DNA from: Psilocybe cubensis | Lineage: Eukaryota | Length of the DNA: 64,000 nucleotides | Assembly (NCBI GenBank): GCA_017499595.2 | Contig: CM039009.1 | Span: forward strand, 558,001-622,000 | Reading direction: 5' to 3' | In this document: in pieces, positions 25,601 to 38,361 of the stretch | Numbering within the stretch: position 1 is the stretch's first letter | Layout: every line of letters starts with the position of its first letter | The notes under the pieces: generated by a model | What the model was told of the DNA's origin: nothing | Databases searched by the model: none | The model's input: the letters and a program-made list of their open reading frames with translations, nothing else | Position numbers and translations under genes: made by a program

Positions 25601-28600
25601 CTCCTCTTACTAGGTAATATAATTTTGGGTCCAACAAGTGATATACCCACTCGTTAATTCGTAAAACTAATGTTTCAAATCGAATAGCTTTACTCGGCGA
25701 AGCGGAGGTTCTGGACGGAAATATCCGTTGTCCACGAACTCCTGCCGACTTTCAAGCTTCTGTTTGTAGTCGACCCGTGCGCGATGAGGATTGGATAGTG
25801 GAGGGAGTTTGCGCCTATGTGCCACAGGTAAGCGCCTCTTTTGGCATATATGCAATGTATACTCACCAAGATCCCTCAATGGCTCGAAGATTGCATGGCT
25901 CAGAAATGCTTCTATCAGAGGTACATATCCATCTTCCAATAATGTATGCTTCTGAAGCTTGACCATAATTACATTTCAGATAACATCCTCTTTAATCTGC
26001 CATACAAACATTCTCGTTATCAAAAGACTCTAGCTGTAAGTAGATTATGAATTCTTGCCGAAGGCTTAGAAGCTCATCTTTATGTTTTCTGGCTACTAGG
26101 CTTGTGCGTTAATCAATGACTTGAAGATCCTTGAAGATGGGGACTTGTCCGAAATTGGTGAGAGTGGGGTACGTTCAAATACATATTTATTTGCAGGGTT
26201 CCGCTTAATTATTTATTCCAGGTGAACCTTTCCGGTGGACAGAAAGCGAGAGGTAAGATCCCCTTTAGATTGAACAATCTCTCCTATCTCATCGCTCGCG
26301 TTAAAGTTTCCTTGGCAAGAGCCGTCTATTCTCGTGCCTCGAATCTATTTTTAGACGACGTCCTTTCAGCTGGTGAGGACAGTTCATTTTGTCGAAAAGA
26401 CGAATTATTCTCATTGAAAACCCGTGTCCCTAGTCGATGCTCACACAGCAGACCACATTTACCAAGAATGTTTCAAAGGCGAATTAATGAAGGGTCGTAC
26501 TGTAATCTTGGTTTCACATCATGTTCACCTCTGTGCACCCCAGGCCGACTATGTTGTTGCTCTTGAGAATGGAGCAGTCGGATTTCAAGGAACCCCTGAA
26601 TCATTCCTTACCTCTGACTTTGGAAATAGTCTTGTTATGTCTGCGCCTTCAAACCTTTCGGATACGGATACAGACCATGAATCTATTCTATCCTTCGAAC
26701 CTAAGACTGACATTGTAGCGTCAACGCTATCTACTTCGGAAACTTGCAATTCCACAACTATCTGCACGGAGGAACAGGTTCAAAAAGGTTCTCCAAGGAG
26801 ATTTGTGGAGGAGGAACTACGTGCCGTAGGATCTGTCAAGAACCATGTTTGGTATACGTATTTTTGCGCCTGTGGGTCACTTTGGTATTGGTCTCTGTTC
26901 TCATTTATCATGGTCGCCGCGGCAATATCCCCGGTATTCGAGAACAGCTGGCTGAGGTAAGACCTTCAATTGCCTTTCTTTCTTTCGCCCCTTAATACTT
27001 TATTCATAGACGATGGGCGAGTGGACAGTCGTTAGACCAGGGCCATGACCCTATCTACTACATCACTGTCTATGCAGCTATCGCTACGACCGGCATCGTA
27101 ATGGGCGGCTTGAGGTGGTTTGCCCTCTACTATGGTTCATTGAAGGCATCGAGGATTCTTTACTCGCAGCTTCTGGAGGCCGTACTGTTTGCGAAAATTA
27201 GGTTCCATGACACAGTCTCCCGAGGCCGACTACTTAATCGGTTTGGGAGGGATTTCGAGGGTACGACATACCTTATTTACCCCTTTACGGTGTCTAATAA
27301 TATCGACGGCCTCCAGTTGTTGACAGTCATCTTTCAAATGACCTTGGTCAAGCTTTGACGTTGTCGATGGCAACTGTAACATCCCTTATCACCATTGTGG
27401 CCGTAGTGGGATGGCCCTTTTTACTCGCAATGGTCGTTTTGGGAGTTGTGTACCTGAAAGGTACGTATTAATCTTTGAGAATCTGGTGGTGTTCTAATGT
27501 CATGTCCATCCAAACAACGCACACCACATATATTTGCCATAGCATCCAAGGTATGCTCAGTTATTGCACTCAAGGTCACATTCACTGATTTGTGGCAAAA
27601 TAGCTTTATGGTCAGGCTTGTCGCGAATTGAGGAGATTAGGTGCGTCGCTATTGATGACAATGATGTTTCTTGCTGAGACATTTCTTTACATTATTAATC
27701 AGAGTCTACTTCCCGATCGCCACTATATTCTCTCTACGGAGAAACCATATCTGGAGTTACTGTCATAAGAGCTTTCGGGGCTAGCTCTGTGTCGATGAGA
27801 AACATGTTACGTTGCCTTGATATGGTATGTTTCAAACGCTTCAGTAACAAGTCGATTTATCTCTTACTTTTCTGCGCGAACAGAATACTACTCCCTTTTA
27901 TTGGATATGGAATGGTAAGTATCTTCAAAGTTCTTGTGCCGCATTCTTGATATAGAGGAATCTTCACAGCCAATCGTTGGGTATCTACGCGCTTCAGCCT
28001 GATATCAAGCACGATTGTTTCAATATCCGCTTTGATTTGTTTGGTGACTCCGTCAGTTAGTGCTTCGCTAGCAGGTTTCATCCTTACCTTTGCTTCCACG
28101 ATAAGCGAAGACATTCTTTACGCAGTAAGGTCGCGCTGTTACTTTATGTGCGGTAGTACTCATATATTTCACCAGGTGCGCTTCTTTGTACAGCTAGAGC
28201 AATCTATGGTAAACCATTAAACACTTTGAGGTTATCTGTCTTGCTACATCACTAATGTCAATTTGTCAAGATCGCTGTTGAACGCATTGACGAATATGTT
28301 AAAGTAGAATCGGAAGCACCAGAATTTACTGACGCTATCATACCAAAAAATTGGCCATCGAAAGGAGAAGTAAAATGCCAAGATCTTTCTGTTCGTTATG
28401 CTGTAAGTATTATAACTGATACATACAGCACCATATGACTTACTAAACTATCATAGCCACATTTGAAGGACGCACTGAGTCAAATATCGTTTACAATAAA
28501 CGCTGGGGAGAAGGTCTGATTTTTGGTCTGAATTTTATTGATTTATAGGCCTAAATTGCATTTCAGATTGGCGTCCTCGGTCGTACTGGATCTGGAAAGA

Positions 28601-29761
28601 GCACATTAGCTCTGTCTTTATTCAGATTTATTGAAGTGTCCGCTGGCCATATATTCATTGACGACCTCGATATATCGAAGATAGGTCTCACTGACCTAAG
28701 AAGCGCGTTAAACATCATCCCACGTATGATATACCACCTTCCTTTCCCTGGGAATTTCATTAATGTACTTTCATTGTCTTATAGAAGACTCTACTATACT
28801 TAGCGGAACTCTACGCTCGACGCTAGATATCTTTGGGTTACACACAGATGCAGAAATTGTAACGTTACTTTAAATTCGTGCTTCTCGGCACGGGGAACTA
28901 AATCTGTACCTACCAGTATGACGCCCTTCGCAGAGTACACCTCATTCCTTCATCGAGCAATGTACTCGAGTCAGGACATAATCCGTCTAACAAATTCACC
29001 AATCTGGACGCCAACGTTTCGGAATCAGGGGATAATTTCTCTATGGGGTGTGTATTACCTCCATTGCCTGTAATGTATCCTGTCACACTTAAGCCACCTT
29101 TCAACAGAGAAAAGCAACTCATTTGCATGGCTCGAGCGTTGTTGAAAAGGGCGAAGATACTTGTTATGGATGAAGTACGTAGAGCACCTTCTTTCTGCTT
29201 AAATAATGGTGGCTTAATGATACTTTTTGTCCATCAGGCCACTGCAAGGTAAACATAATACATAACCTTTCTGTTCCAAAATTTACACCGAAAAATAGTG
29301 TCGATTATGCAACTGACGAGCACATCGCAAAAGTGATAAGCGAGTAAGCACACTGCCTTATTTTTGGCCTGACCTTCGCTGAATTTTTATTAAGAGAGTT
29401 CGCAGAAACGACAATTATAACAATTGCCCATCGTATTCGGACAGTAATAGACTATGACAGGGTATGTATACAAATTTCATTATCGTAAAATTCTGATATA
29501 CTCATCCATTTACCAGGTAATGGTACTCGATGAAGGTAGAGTGATCGAGTATGACAGGTACCGTAAATCAGTATAGTAGATTATCGCCCTTCTCCTGATC
29601 TTCCTTCCCTTCGTAGCCCCGCCTCACTCCTACAGAACTCGCGATCCATTTTCTATCATCTGTGCAAATCTACAGGTCCGGAAGAGTTTGAGGTCCTGAA
29701 GCTTTTGGCTGGCGTCAAACGCACAGAAAAGAGAGAACAAACTCCAATTGAAACGTTATAA
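22699..29761 (+). CDS. ABCC (MRP/YBT1-like) full-length ABC transporter
   Basis: TMD-NBD-TMD-NBD layout. NBD1: [36 protein letters not shown]2: [47 protein letters not shown]. Also [10 protein letters not shown] and [15 protein letters not shown]. Start codon uncertain. Confidence 0.9.
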
Positions 29762-29882
29762 TACTAATCATCCAAATACTTCCAGTCCTGTTTTTTACAC
29801 CACTATTTTTATCAATATTATAATAATATAATGTTGCACTCGTTTACAGTAGAACCTTAATGGGCGGCTTGATAGCAGAGCA

Positions 29883-31852
29883 TTACAGCCCGTAATCATA
29901 AATTTGCTTTTTCTGAGCGTCGATAACCTCCCATTGAAGGAGAAGATTGATTCTGCCGTATGCTGGCACACCGCAAACCCAATTAAGTTTTCCATCCTTT
30001 CCCAGAGCGGACACATCGGATCCTGGATTTTCGACACCACACCATTGAGCAATGATGTCAGGAGACACCGTCACTATGGTCTTCGCTTTGGTGGCAGAGC
30101 TAGCAGGAGAAAGGGAGGGAGGTGTAAGCCCTGGGTTGATGAGATTAACGATGAGGTCGGCATCCTGTGAGACGGGAATCCTGTCTATGATCTTTACCCC
30201 GTCAATAGGGACAGATTTAGAGTTATGCACAGAAATACGTTGTGAATACGCATATTTGAGGGATTTGTTGTAAAATCCAGTTTGAGAAGCGACCTTCTCT
30301 TGGGGATGGTATGTTACCCGAATTGATGGGTCAACGCTGTAGTCACAAGGTATTAAGTCGTTGAAGGACAATGAGTTAAATAAAATACTCTTACCCTAGA
30401 GGACAGGTAAAGACCTCTCCAGGACTGACCCCTGGGATTTCAGAACGGGAGATAAAACTTTGATCGACATAAACATTGCTGGGCCCGCTTAAAAAGGTAT
30501 ATTCAGACGAGTTTGTTATGAGTGCCTGCGAATGTTGAGTCGGCTGCATGATGTGAATCACGGATGGCGCATACCTCTAGGTGCACCTGAGTGTCGCGTT
30601 GAGGGATGCATACCCATGAAATTTTGGCGTTTAGTTGGAGGACTGCAATGGTTACATTGTGGTCTTCTTCGTCACTTGGGATGGTGGTTAGACCTGGAAC
30701 GCGGAATGTGGCGTTGACGTTTCCTCGCGAGGTTACCTCTGACACCTCATCTGGGTCAAAGTCCTCATCATCCTCCGAACGGATAATCTTCCGGTGTCTT
30801 TTTGCACCTCCTCGACCTAGACCTCTTCCACTATAAATGGCCCGTTCTTGATAGCTGATATTCCAGAGCGCAAGTTGAGGAAGTTCAAGGCCAAATGTCG
30901 GGGATGCAGTCTCTAAAGTGATCGGAGCATCTTCCCATGCCTGAGATATCGTGTCAATGGCTGTTTTAATCCATTACTCAAACAACTGCACTACGGAACA
31001 AACGTACCTCTCCGGTTGACTGGTTTATGGCAGCCTTGTACAGAACATGAACAGGAGCGCCCGTCGTCTGCATGTCGACTCGAATATCGTATCCAGCTTC
31101 CCATCTAGAATGAGATACAGCTATACACAACAGTCTACAGTTCGATATCCCTGTGCGGCGAGAACAAAATAGGAAGACTTACCATAAATAACTATAATCT
31201 CCAGGTCAGCAGGATGGTTTGCAACGAGGCCCATAACAACCTTCGTACGCAGTTTCTTATTTTCTCCGCTTTTTTCTAGTCGGTCTGACTCTTCCGTGAT
31301 CTGTGTCTCCAGAGTCTCGAATTCACGCTTGAGTTGAATGATCTTGTCGTCCCATTTCTCTTCAGTAGTGTCGTAGATTTCCATAGCCTCGCCAAGTTTG
31401 GAAATATCGAGATGCTCAATTGAGATGTTTCCCATGTACTTATTAATGGCTTGCAGAGCCCTGTTACAGCGCTCTAATGCGTTTTTTGCCCGTTCCTTTT
31501 TTACATTCAACTCTTCGAGTAAGGGAGACGATGTGTCGGGGTCTTTCATCTCGGCCTTGAAGGAGGTTACTCCTTGAATGATAGCAGAGCCTCGACCCTC
31601 TACTCTGTAGATAAACTCCGATATGAGATATATTATGCTTTGATGTCCTTAAACCAACCTCAGTGACTCGTGGTCGACAACATTGGGTAAATGTAGCAAT
31701 GTCAATTTTGTTTGGCCAGCCGCAACAGAAACCTTGTATGATCGAGTGATTTGTGCACGAGAGGTATAAAGGTTGATGTTGGTAATCTTGCTATCAGTGA
31801 TTGAGCTGAGCGAAATATAGTTTACGACGGAGAAGTCTGTGGCTGTGGACAT
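29883..31852 (-). CDS. DUF4140/DUF4139 (mucoidy inhibitor A-like) protein, paralog 2; contains a histone H4-tail-like segment
   Basis: Six exons with the same intron positions as paralog 1, all in frame: MSTATDFSVVNYISLSSITDSKITNINLYTSRAQITR.. / VEGRGSAIIQGV.. / AVSHSRWEAGYDIRVDM..INQSTGE / AWEDAPITLETASPTFG.. / NSSEYTFLSGPSNVYVD..CPLG / VDPSIRVTYHPQEK..LQWEV. Confidence 0.85.
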
Positions 31853-31928
31853 TGGGGACGGGGCAATGTTGAAGGTGGTGGCGGTATGAGGAAAAGATGT
31901 TGGAGGAAGTTTCATCAGATGGGGGATG

Positions 31929-31935
31929 TTTTATA
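31929..31935 (-). promoter_or_regulatory. Candidate TATA box of DUF4139 paralog 2
   Basis: TATAAAA on the minus strand about 77 nt upstream of the ATG at 31852. Confidence 0.45.
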
Positions 31936-33015
31936 GAATGGATTACATACTCGGCTCCGACTGTGCGAAGCTGAGTGTGAAGCTGATGGGCCTAGAGTGA
32001 CTCGTATATTATGGCGCGTGTCAGGGGTGGCGACACGGTTGCCTTTGAGTCACGTGCGTCTTCCAGAAGATCACATGAACCGTGCAAAGACGCGACCCAC
32101 CGAGCGCGTCTACGTCGTTTCTCGTTATCTTATAAAAGGAATCCCAGAAATAACGTACAACATCCGACATCTGTAGAATACGCTAAGTTTTCCAGTACCA
32201 TTATACTTTCAAAGATATGACACACCTAACAACAGTCCTGCCTTGAAGCAAAGAAATCATGGGGATTCCACATATGAGTCGCCTAAAATGCAAAGTTCTT
32301 TAACTTCTGACCGTTATGTTTTAAATCAAGCCATATGGTATGGATTTTGCTTGGTAGCGGCAACACTATAAATTACATTTGCAGAACTGTATTGCTGAAA
32401 TTTTCGCTAATCCAGCTTAAATCCAACGTTGACGCATGCGAACGGGCGAAACGATCTTGGTCAGAATATTTTTGTGTGCTTAGTTCGAAGTAGCATAGCG
32501 ACAAACTTTATAGAGAGGTCTCCGGCATTCAACATGCATGTTGGGAAGAAAGGGTAATTATACTTTTTAAAACTCAGTGCGACATAATATGACCGCCCCT
32601 AAACTGAATCAATGTCCGCTTCAACATCTTTAGACTCGTTCAAGACTCACGATTCGGCGATGGAAAGTGTGGCACAAAGTTTAACCAATCCTAGGCGCCT
32701 GCAACACGGACCTTGTGTCTGCCATACATCTCAGGTTATCAGATATACCTTCAAGGCTCCTCAATAATTCGCCTAGGTTTCATTGGTTTTGTTTTTCACA
32801 CCCTCCCGTCGTCTGAGTCGTTCAAATCGACACACTCTACGGCTACGCTATGTGGCTATTTAGCAACATACTGGAATTATACCACAGACATTGACATTTC
32901 TCTACACGCTTGTGTATGGAGAATCCATGTTTAATATTTCATGATTCACGGAATACATCTATTCGATACAGCAATTCTTGGGTCAACACTTTAACTTGTA
33001 TTCAACACGCAACAC

Positions 33016-33687
33016 TCAAACTATCCAAATTTCAGTAAGTGATCAAATCCAATTTCTTGTCAAACTTACTTCTTTCGAAGTACCAGACCTGGTTCTGGCC
33101 CTGCCAGCGACCCCAGATAGCAATGGGAGTACCGGGTGTGGGATCACCATGGTTCGTCAGGTCAACGTTGTGCCAGGAGTCGGGAACCTTGATACTGCAC
33201 ACGTAAAAGGAAAAGGATGTAAAGTCAATATCTCTCAGGTACAGTTCATAATTTTCACCTACCGGATACCATTCTCATCTTCATCATCCCTGACGAGTTC
33301 CCAGGAGTAGTGGTCTTCGGAACCAACGAGGCGCACGTCGTCGTTGGGACCAGCACCTCCGAGGCTCAAATATAGGCCGTTGCCGACGTTCTTGATGTGC
33401 CAGCGCCCGTCAACCTCGATGGTCTCCCACTGGACACGACGAATCAATTACAATCCCATAAAATAAAAGTAGGTGGTCATACCTGTTGGTTTGTTCCGTC
33501 GTGACGCTCCCAGCCAATGACTGCATGTAGCCAAGGTATGAATTAGTCGTTAATTCTTGCGTGCGACCTGAACTTAGATAAAGAGGTACGTACTACTATG
33601 GTTGTCGGTACCCGAGAGGTCGATGACAGTCCCTGCTTTCTTGTTTACAATAACGTAACGCGCCTCGGATTCAACGTTTACGGACAT
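33016..33687 (-). CDS. Ricin B-type lectin, no signal peptide; copy 2
   Basis: Same five-exon layout as copy 1: MSVNVESEARYVIVNKKAGTVIDLSGTDNHS / IIGWERHDGTNQQ / WETIEVDGRWHIKNVGNGLYLSLG.. / IKVPDSWHNVDLTNHGDPTPGTPIAIWGRWQGQNQVWYFER / I*. Confidence 0.88.
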
Positions 33688-33736
33688 CTTGGGTTGTTGG
33701 AGTGGACTGGGGAGGTAGCTTACATGTGCTCTGCGC

Positions 33737-33743
33737 TTTTATA
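33737..33743 (-). promoter_or_regulatory. Candidate TATA box of lectin copy 2
   Basis: TATAAAA on the minus strand about 50 nt upstream of the ATG. Confidence 0.5.
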
Positions 33744-34572
33744 CGTCGTCCATCATCCTTCGACTCCTTTCGACGACCTTCCATTGTGCTTAGAACTCCA
33801 TCTAATCAAACCAAGAGTTTGGACACTTGGCTGGTTGATTATCGATCTCGAGTGTTCGATTAACCTCAGGAATCATCAAAGGGACCTTTCAAGAGTACCC
33901 TATTTTATCGAATCCAACGAACACGAGGTCATAATATTCCCCCGTCAACACTCCCGCTCCGTCAGACATGGATAAAGGTCTCACGGAATTGGCAGAAGAA
34001 GACATGAAATTGCGAACGGCACTCGGCCAAGCAAATGGAAAGCGAGTAATCTCCAAGGATTGGTGTCACAAGTGTGAGTAGCCAAGTTCTTCTAATCATG
34101 ACAACGCTATGATGTACACGATAACCAGAGTATATTCGACTTTTTCCAGGAAGTAAAAGTTGATTATGGGCAATCCTAACCTTGACAAAAAGGTTAGCAG
34201 GTTAGTCTTAAGGACGGATCTCATCACATGTGTCTATCGAAGATCTTTCAAGTCACGAATAAACCCACGCATAACTTCATCAAGATTAGATTGCATCCCG
34301 GCAGGTTGGACAAAAATCTGCTCGAAGGCAACTGACACACAAGGATCGCGGAGAAAGACGCAATCGCCGCTTGATCATTTCACAGACTTTCTTGACACAC
34401 GACATTCTCTCGAGCTTCGACGCGGAGTAATGCATAATTAACGAGACATAAGGACTAAAGATGGTGAGAGAGTGCACGACTTTAGCAGTGTGCAAAGGGC
34501 CATTGGGCAGCAAAGGGAAGAAATGAACTTGGGGATCAGGATCTTCGAGCGATTAATTAATTCGTCTTTCGA

Positions 34573-35355
34573 CTACGCAATGCTCGGGGCCAAAGCTAAG
34601 CAAGAGAACCTCAAGTCGCCTCCTTTCTCCCTTTCGATCTCCATCAACCTTCCCAGTCCTTTGTTTAGGGCGGCCTCACTCAGGACATCCTCGTCATTAG
34701 CTAGGGCACCCCTATCCAAAGGACCTTTCCTTACTCCTTCCAGTTCCCAAAGATGTCCGTCTTTAGCTTTTACAAAGGCAACGAAATGATGTCCCTGACG
34801 GTGCGCCTCTTCTGCATCCGCAGGAGGGATGGTGTCGCCCAGTTTAGCGGCGGCTTCATGAGCAGCCTCAAGAACGTCAGATTCTTCGAGCACAGCAGCA
34901 CGTTCCTTCATTTTGAGGGGTATCGCTTTGTGCAATATCCTTTCAAACTCGCTTCCTGGGATAATCTTTTTTCTTGCCTCCGGGCTGTTGAGAACACAGT
35001 GAATGAGTCCATAGGATCCACACGCGTTGTGGATAGTTTGTTTGAACCAGATGACAGGCTCGGATTCTCCTGAACCGGTATATTCACCCTTGGCCCCATC
35101 TTCTCTCTCCCTAGTTTCCTTCCAGGTTGGAGTTAAAGGTATTATAACAAGCAACGCAAGCGCTGGTCGAGGAATGAGTGACAACAGTTCTGGGTCAGAA
35201 ATCGAATAGACGTCGTGGAATGCGAGTTCCTTCGAAAGACCTAGGTCGTACGCAAGAGGATTGACAGCCTCAGGGTTATTCTCTAATATTTTTTGATTAA
35301 ACTCGTAGTCTGGAAATCTGGTATTGCACATACCCAAAATTGTAAAGGTTTTCAT
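34573..35355 (-). CDS. Ubiquitin C-terminal hydrolase (peptidase C12, UCH-L3/YUH1-like)
   Basis: LENNPE, FHDVYS, IPRPALALL, KQTIHNACG (oxyanion Gln, catalytic Cys), HHFVAFV (His), LWELEG, FSCLALA. One probable short intron after MKTFTIL. Confidence 0.9.
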   Translation of the reverse strand: MKTFTILGMCNTRFPDYEFNQKILENNPEAVNPLAYDLGLSKELAFHDVYSISDPELLSLIPRPALALLVIIPLTPTWKETREREDGAKGEYTGSGESEPVIWFKQTIHNACGSYGLIHCVLNSPEARKKIIPGSEFERILHKAIPLKMKERAAVLEESDVLEAAHEAAAKLGDTIPPADAEEAHRQGHHFVAFVKAKDGHLWELEGVRKGPLDRGALANDEDVLSEAALNKGLGRLMEIEREKGGDLRFSCLALAPSIA

Positions 35356-36105
35356 GATCGGTTTGAGCGCTAAGACGTTTAAGATTAGAAATTGATTGCA
35401 AATCGATCCTTCAAGATCAGTTGGTTTAGGACCGACAAGTGCTGCCTCAAATTTTGAAAGGTATTCACGCTTTGGATAGATCTATATATCAATAGAAGTG
35501 AAGGTAGGTAGTGCTTTTGTATATGGCATTCATGGTGGGTCAATGTGCGCAGCACAGAAATAGGGGCACATGACGTCGCTGTCTGACAAAGCAATCGGAG
35601 TTTCCAAGACGACATGTCTGCCGAATATTGCCGAAAGTCCATCATGATGGTCATGGCGTTGATGCCGAACACCGAGGAGCATCCCTTTTCTTCTCTCCAC
35701 CGTCGTCGTCGTCGGTTGCAGAGTGCTTAGGTGAGAGCGTGTCGATTTTAACTCAGAAATCTAACCTAGAACACCTTTCAGTTTGATTCAGACCGCTTCT
35801 TGGAGCCTACTTTGTGTTTCGCCTGCTCGAATCGTTGTACTAATTATCAGGTACGTTTTATTGTTTTGCCCAAGGAATGTCGTTCATCTTGGACCAGACC
35901 ATACTTTTGGTATAGAAGCCAATAATTGGAGATACCTTCTACTATATTTCACCAGGAATTTCCATACCGGCACTAAAAAATTCCCCCTTTTGATCCCGTT
36001 CGTGAAGCGACATCTTTTCTTCTACAACCACCATCCAACTGACAAGTACTACTAGGACATTCTTTCGTTGACGACCTACAGCGCCAGACGCGAGAGGGAC
36101 GGAAG

Positions 36106-37905
36106 ATGAATACCACCGCACGATATTTAATTGCCGTTTTTTTCTTCATTGTGAGTTCCAAGCTTGTCTTCAATGCAACTTGAATGCTAATTGGCGGCGC
36201 AGATATCCATCCACTATATCTTCAGCTTCACTCACGAATCCTATGGCCGTGCCACCTCACTATCTAACCTGAAAAATAAACTTATTCCAGGCTCGAGCTC
36301 GACGCCTGCCTCGGACACACTTGAAAACATTCCTTCAGAGCCGTACGGCGGCCATACTAACGAAACCCTCGCCATTGACTACCATGCGAACGCCACGTTT
36401 GTTATTCTTGCACGGAACAACGACCTGAACGGGGCAGTACGCAGTATTAGGGAGATCGAGGACAGATTCAACAGGCGCTATCGATACCCTTACGTGTTTT
36501 TGAACGAGGAGCCGTTCACAGCAGAATTCAAGAGGTGCGTGCTTTATTTTTCTTTACATTCCATTGCTCATCACATTTGTAGTCGTATTTCCGTGCTCAC
36601 ATCTTCCAAAGTCGAGTTCGGTGTCATTCCCAAGGAGCATTGGTATCAGCCCGACTCCATCGACGAAGAGAAAGCGAAAGCCAGCCGTGACAAGATGGTA
36701 GAACAGAACATCATCTACGGAGGCAGTGTATCATACCGAAACATGTGTCGGTTTAATTCTGGAGTACGTCCTATATGCGAAGCTGTACCTATGATTTGTT
36801 CATTGATGGAACGATTGATTAGTTCTTTTTCAAACACCCTTTGATGCTCAAGTACCGCTGGTACTGGCGTATTGAGTGAGTCCATCCTTTCATGCCACGG
36901 TCTTGTTTTGCCCGTGTGATGGCCATTGATCTATTTTTGCACCTATGACATCGTTTAATTTTACGGTCCTCACGCCTCCTTTTCTCTTTTTTCTTACACG
37001 CCAAAACCTGGGCTGGACATAATCTGACAATCTGGCTTTTCTGCTTGATAGACCCGATGTTCACTTCCACTGCGACATTCTCTACGATCCTTTCGTCTTC
37101 ATGGAAAAGCAAAAGAAAGTTTATTGTACGTGCTTCTGTGATACTTTCGAGTTCTTTTGTTCAATTTATCGCTTCTTGCTCAGCTTTCACGATCACGATG
37201 TATGAATACCAAGCCACAATCCCCACACTTTGGGGCCATGTCATGGGTATGTCCTCCTTTTGCTACCCAGAACATATGAGTAATATTATTTTGTAGACTT
37301 TGTGAAACTCCACCCAGAATATGTGGCCAAAGATAACTCACTCGGCTTCATGTCGACAGACAACGGCGCCAGCTACAATCTCTGCCATTGTGTGTATTTT
37401 CCTTTACTTATATTACATCTCAAGCACCTCACCACGCCTTAATACCCGTAGTCTGGAGTAACTTTGAAATCGCCGACATGGAATTCTGGCGAGGGCCTGC
37501 GTACACCGCCTTCTTCGAGTACCTCGACAAACAGGGCGGGTTCTACTACGAGGTACGTTTTCGACCCTGCTTTCTGTTTACGAACCCACATCTGACACAT
37601 TACATGCAGCGCTGGGGCGACGCACCTGTACACTCCATCGCCGCCGCGCTCTTCGCCTCGCGCGACCAGATCCACTTCTTCGATGATATCGGGTACGAGC
37701 ACAACCCATACACCCATTGCCCTAAAGGCAAAGGCGCCTGGCAGAAAGGGAGATGCTCATGTGACCCTTTGAAGAGCTTCGGTGCGTTGTTATTGCGCTT
37801 TTTCATGCAATGTGCCTCAATCTCATGTCTGCTTTTTGTCTGCTTGCGCTAGACTATGATGGATACTCGTGCATGAGCAAGTGGGATCGATTTATTGAAT
37901 CGTAG
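36106..37905 (+). CDS. Alpha-1,2-mannosyltransferase, GT15 (KRE2/MNT1/KTR family)
   Basis: N-terminal signal anchor MNTTARYLIAVFFFI; NATFVILARN, EDRFN..YPYVFLNE, YGGSVSYRNMCRFNSG, YWRIE|PD, WSNFEIA, GGFYYE|RWGDAPVHSIA. Confidence 0.92.
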
Positions 37906-38253
37906 AGGGGTAATAGATTTGGAAAATGGCGTGCAATGCACCGTTTATATCCGTGGAGAGCATTTAGGAATGACGCGGGACTGTAGAATGGGCAAACATT
38001 ATACCATCCAGCTCATGTGCCAGCCATGATTTCGAGAGTAGGTTTTTGTAGCAATATTATTTATAATCTACGTATTTACTTGCTTGCTTTATGTGCTTTG
38101 TGTATCGATGTACGTGTACAAGCATGACCGTATAATTTGCCTTCGTTGGTCTGACGGATGATCTGGAGTGAAAAATATTCTATTCAAGACATGCAGAACA
38201 TCAGCGACGATAACAACGACCAAATACCAACTGAAATTGATTGAGGCAAAAAC

Positions 38254-38361
38254 TTCGCGTACGGGGAATCGAACCCCGAGCTACCGCGTTCTAGATATCC
38301 ATCGGAACGGATCGTCAGGAACCATGAAAGGCGGTAATGTTAGCCGTTACACCATACACGA
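38254..38361 (-). tRNA. tRNA-Glu (UUC) with a 36-nt intron (38289-38324)
   Basis: Acceptor stem TCGTGTA/TACGCGA; anticodon stem ACCGC/GCGGT with loop CT-TTC-A then intron; T arm CGGGG-TTCGATT-CCCCG; followed by a TTTTT Pol III terminator. Confidence 0.93.

Noticed and set aside
22699..29761. ABC transporter plus methyltransferase, oxidoreductase and amidase as a secondary-metabolite cluster
   Set aside because: No backbone enzyme (PKS, NRPS, terpene synthase) or RiPP-like precursor is visible, and the genes are interspersed with housekeeping genes.
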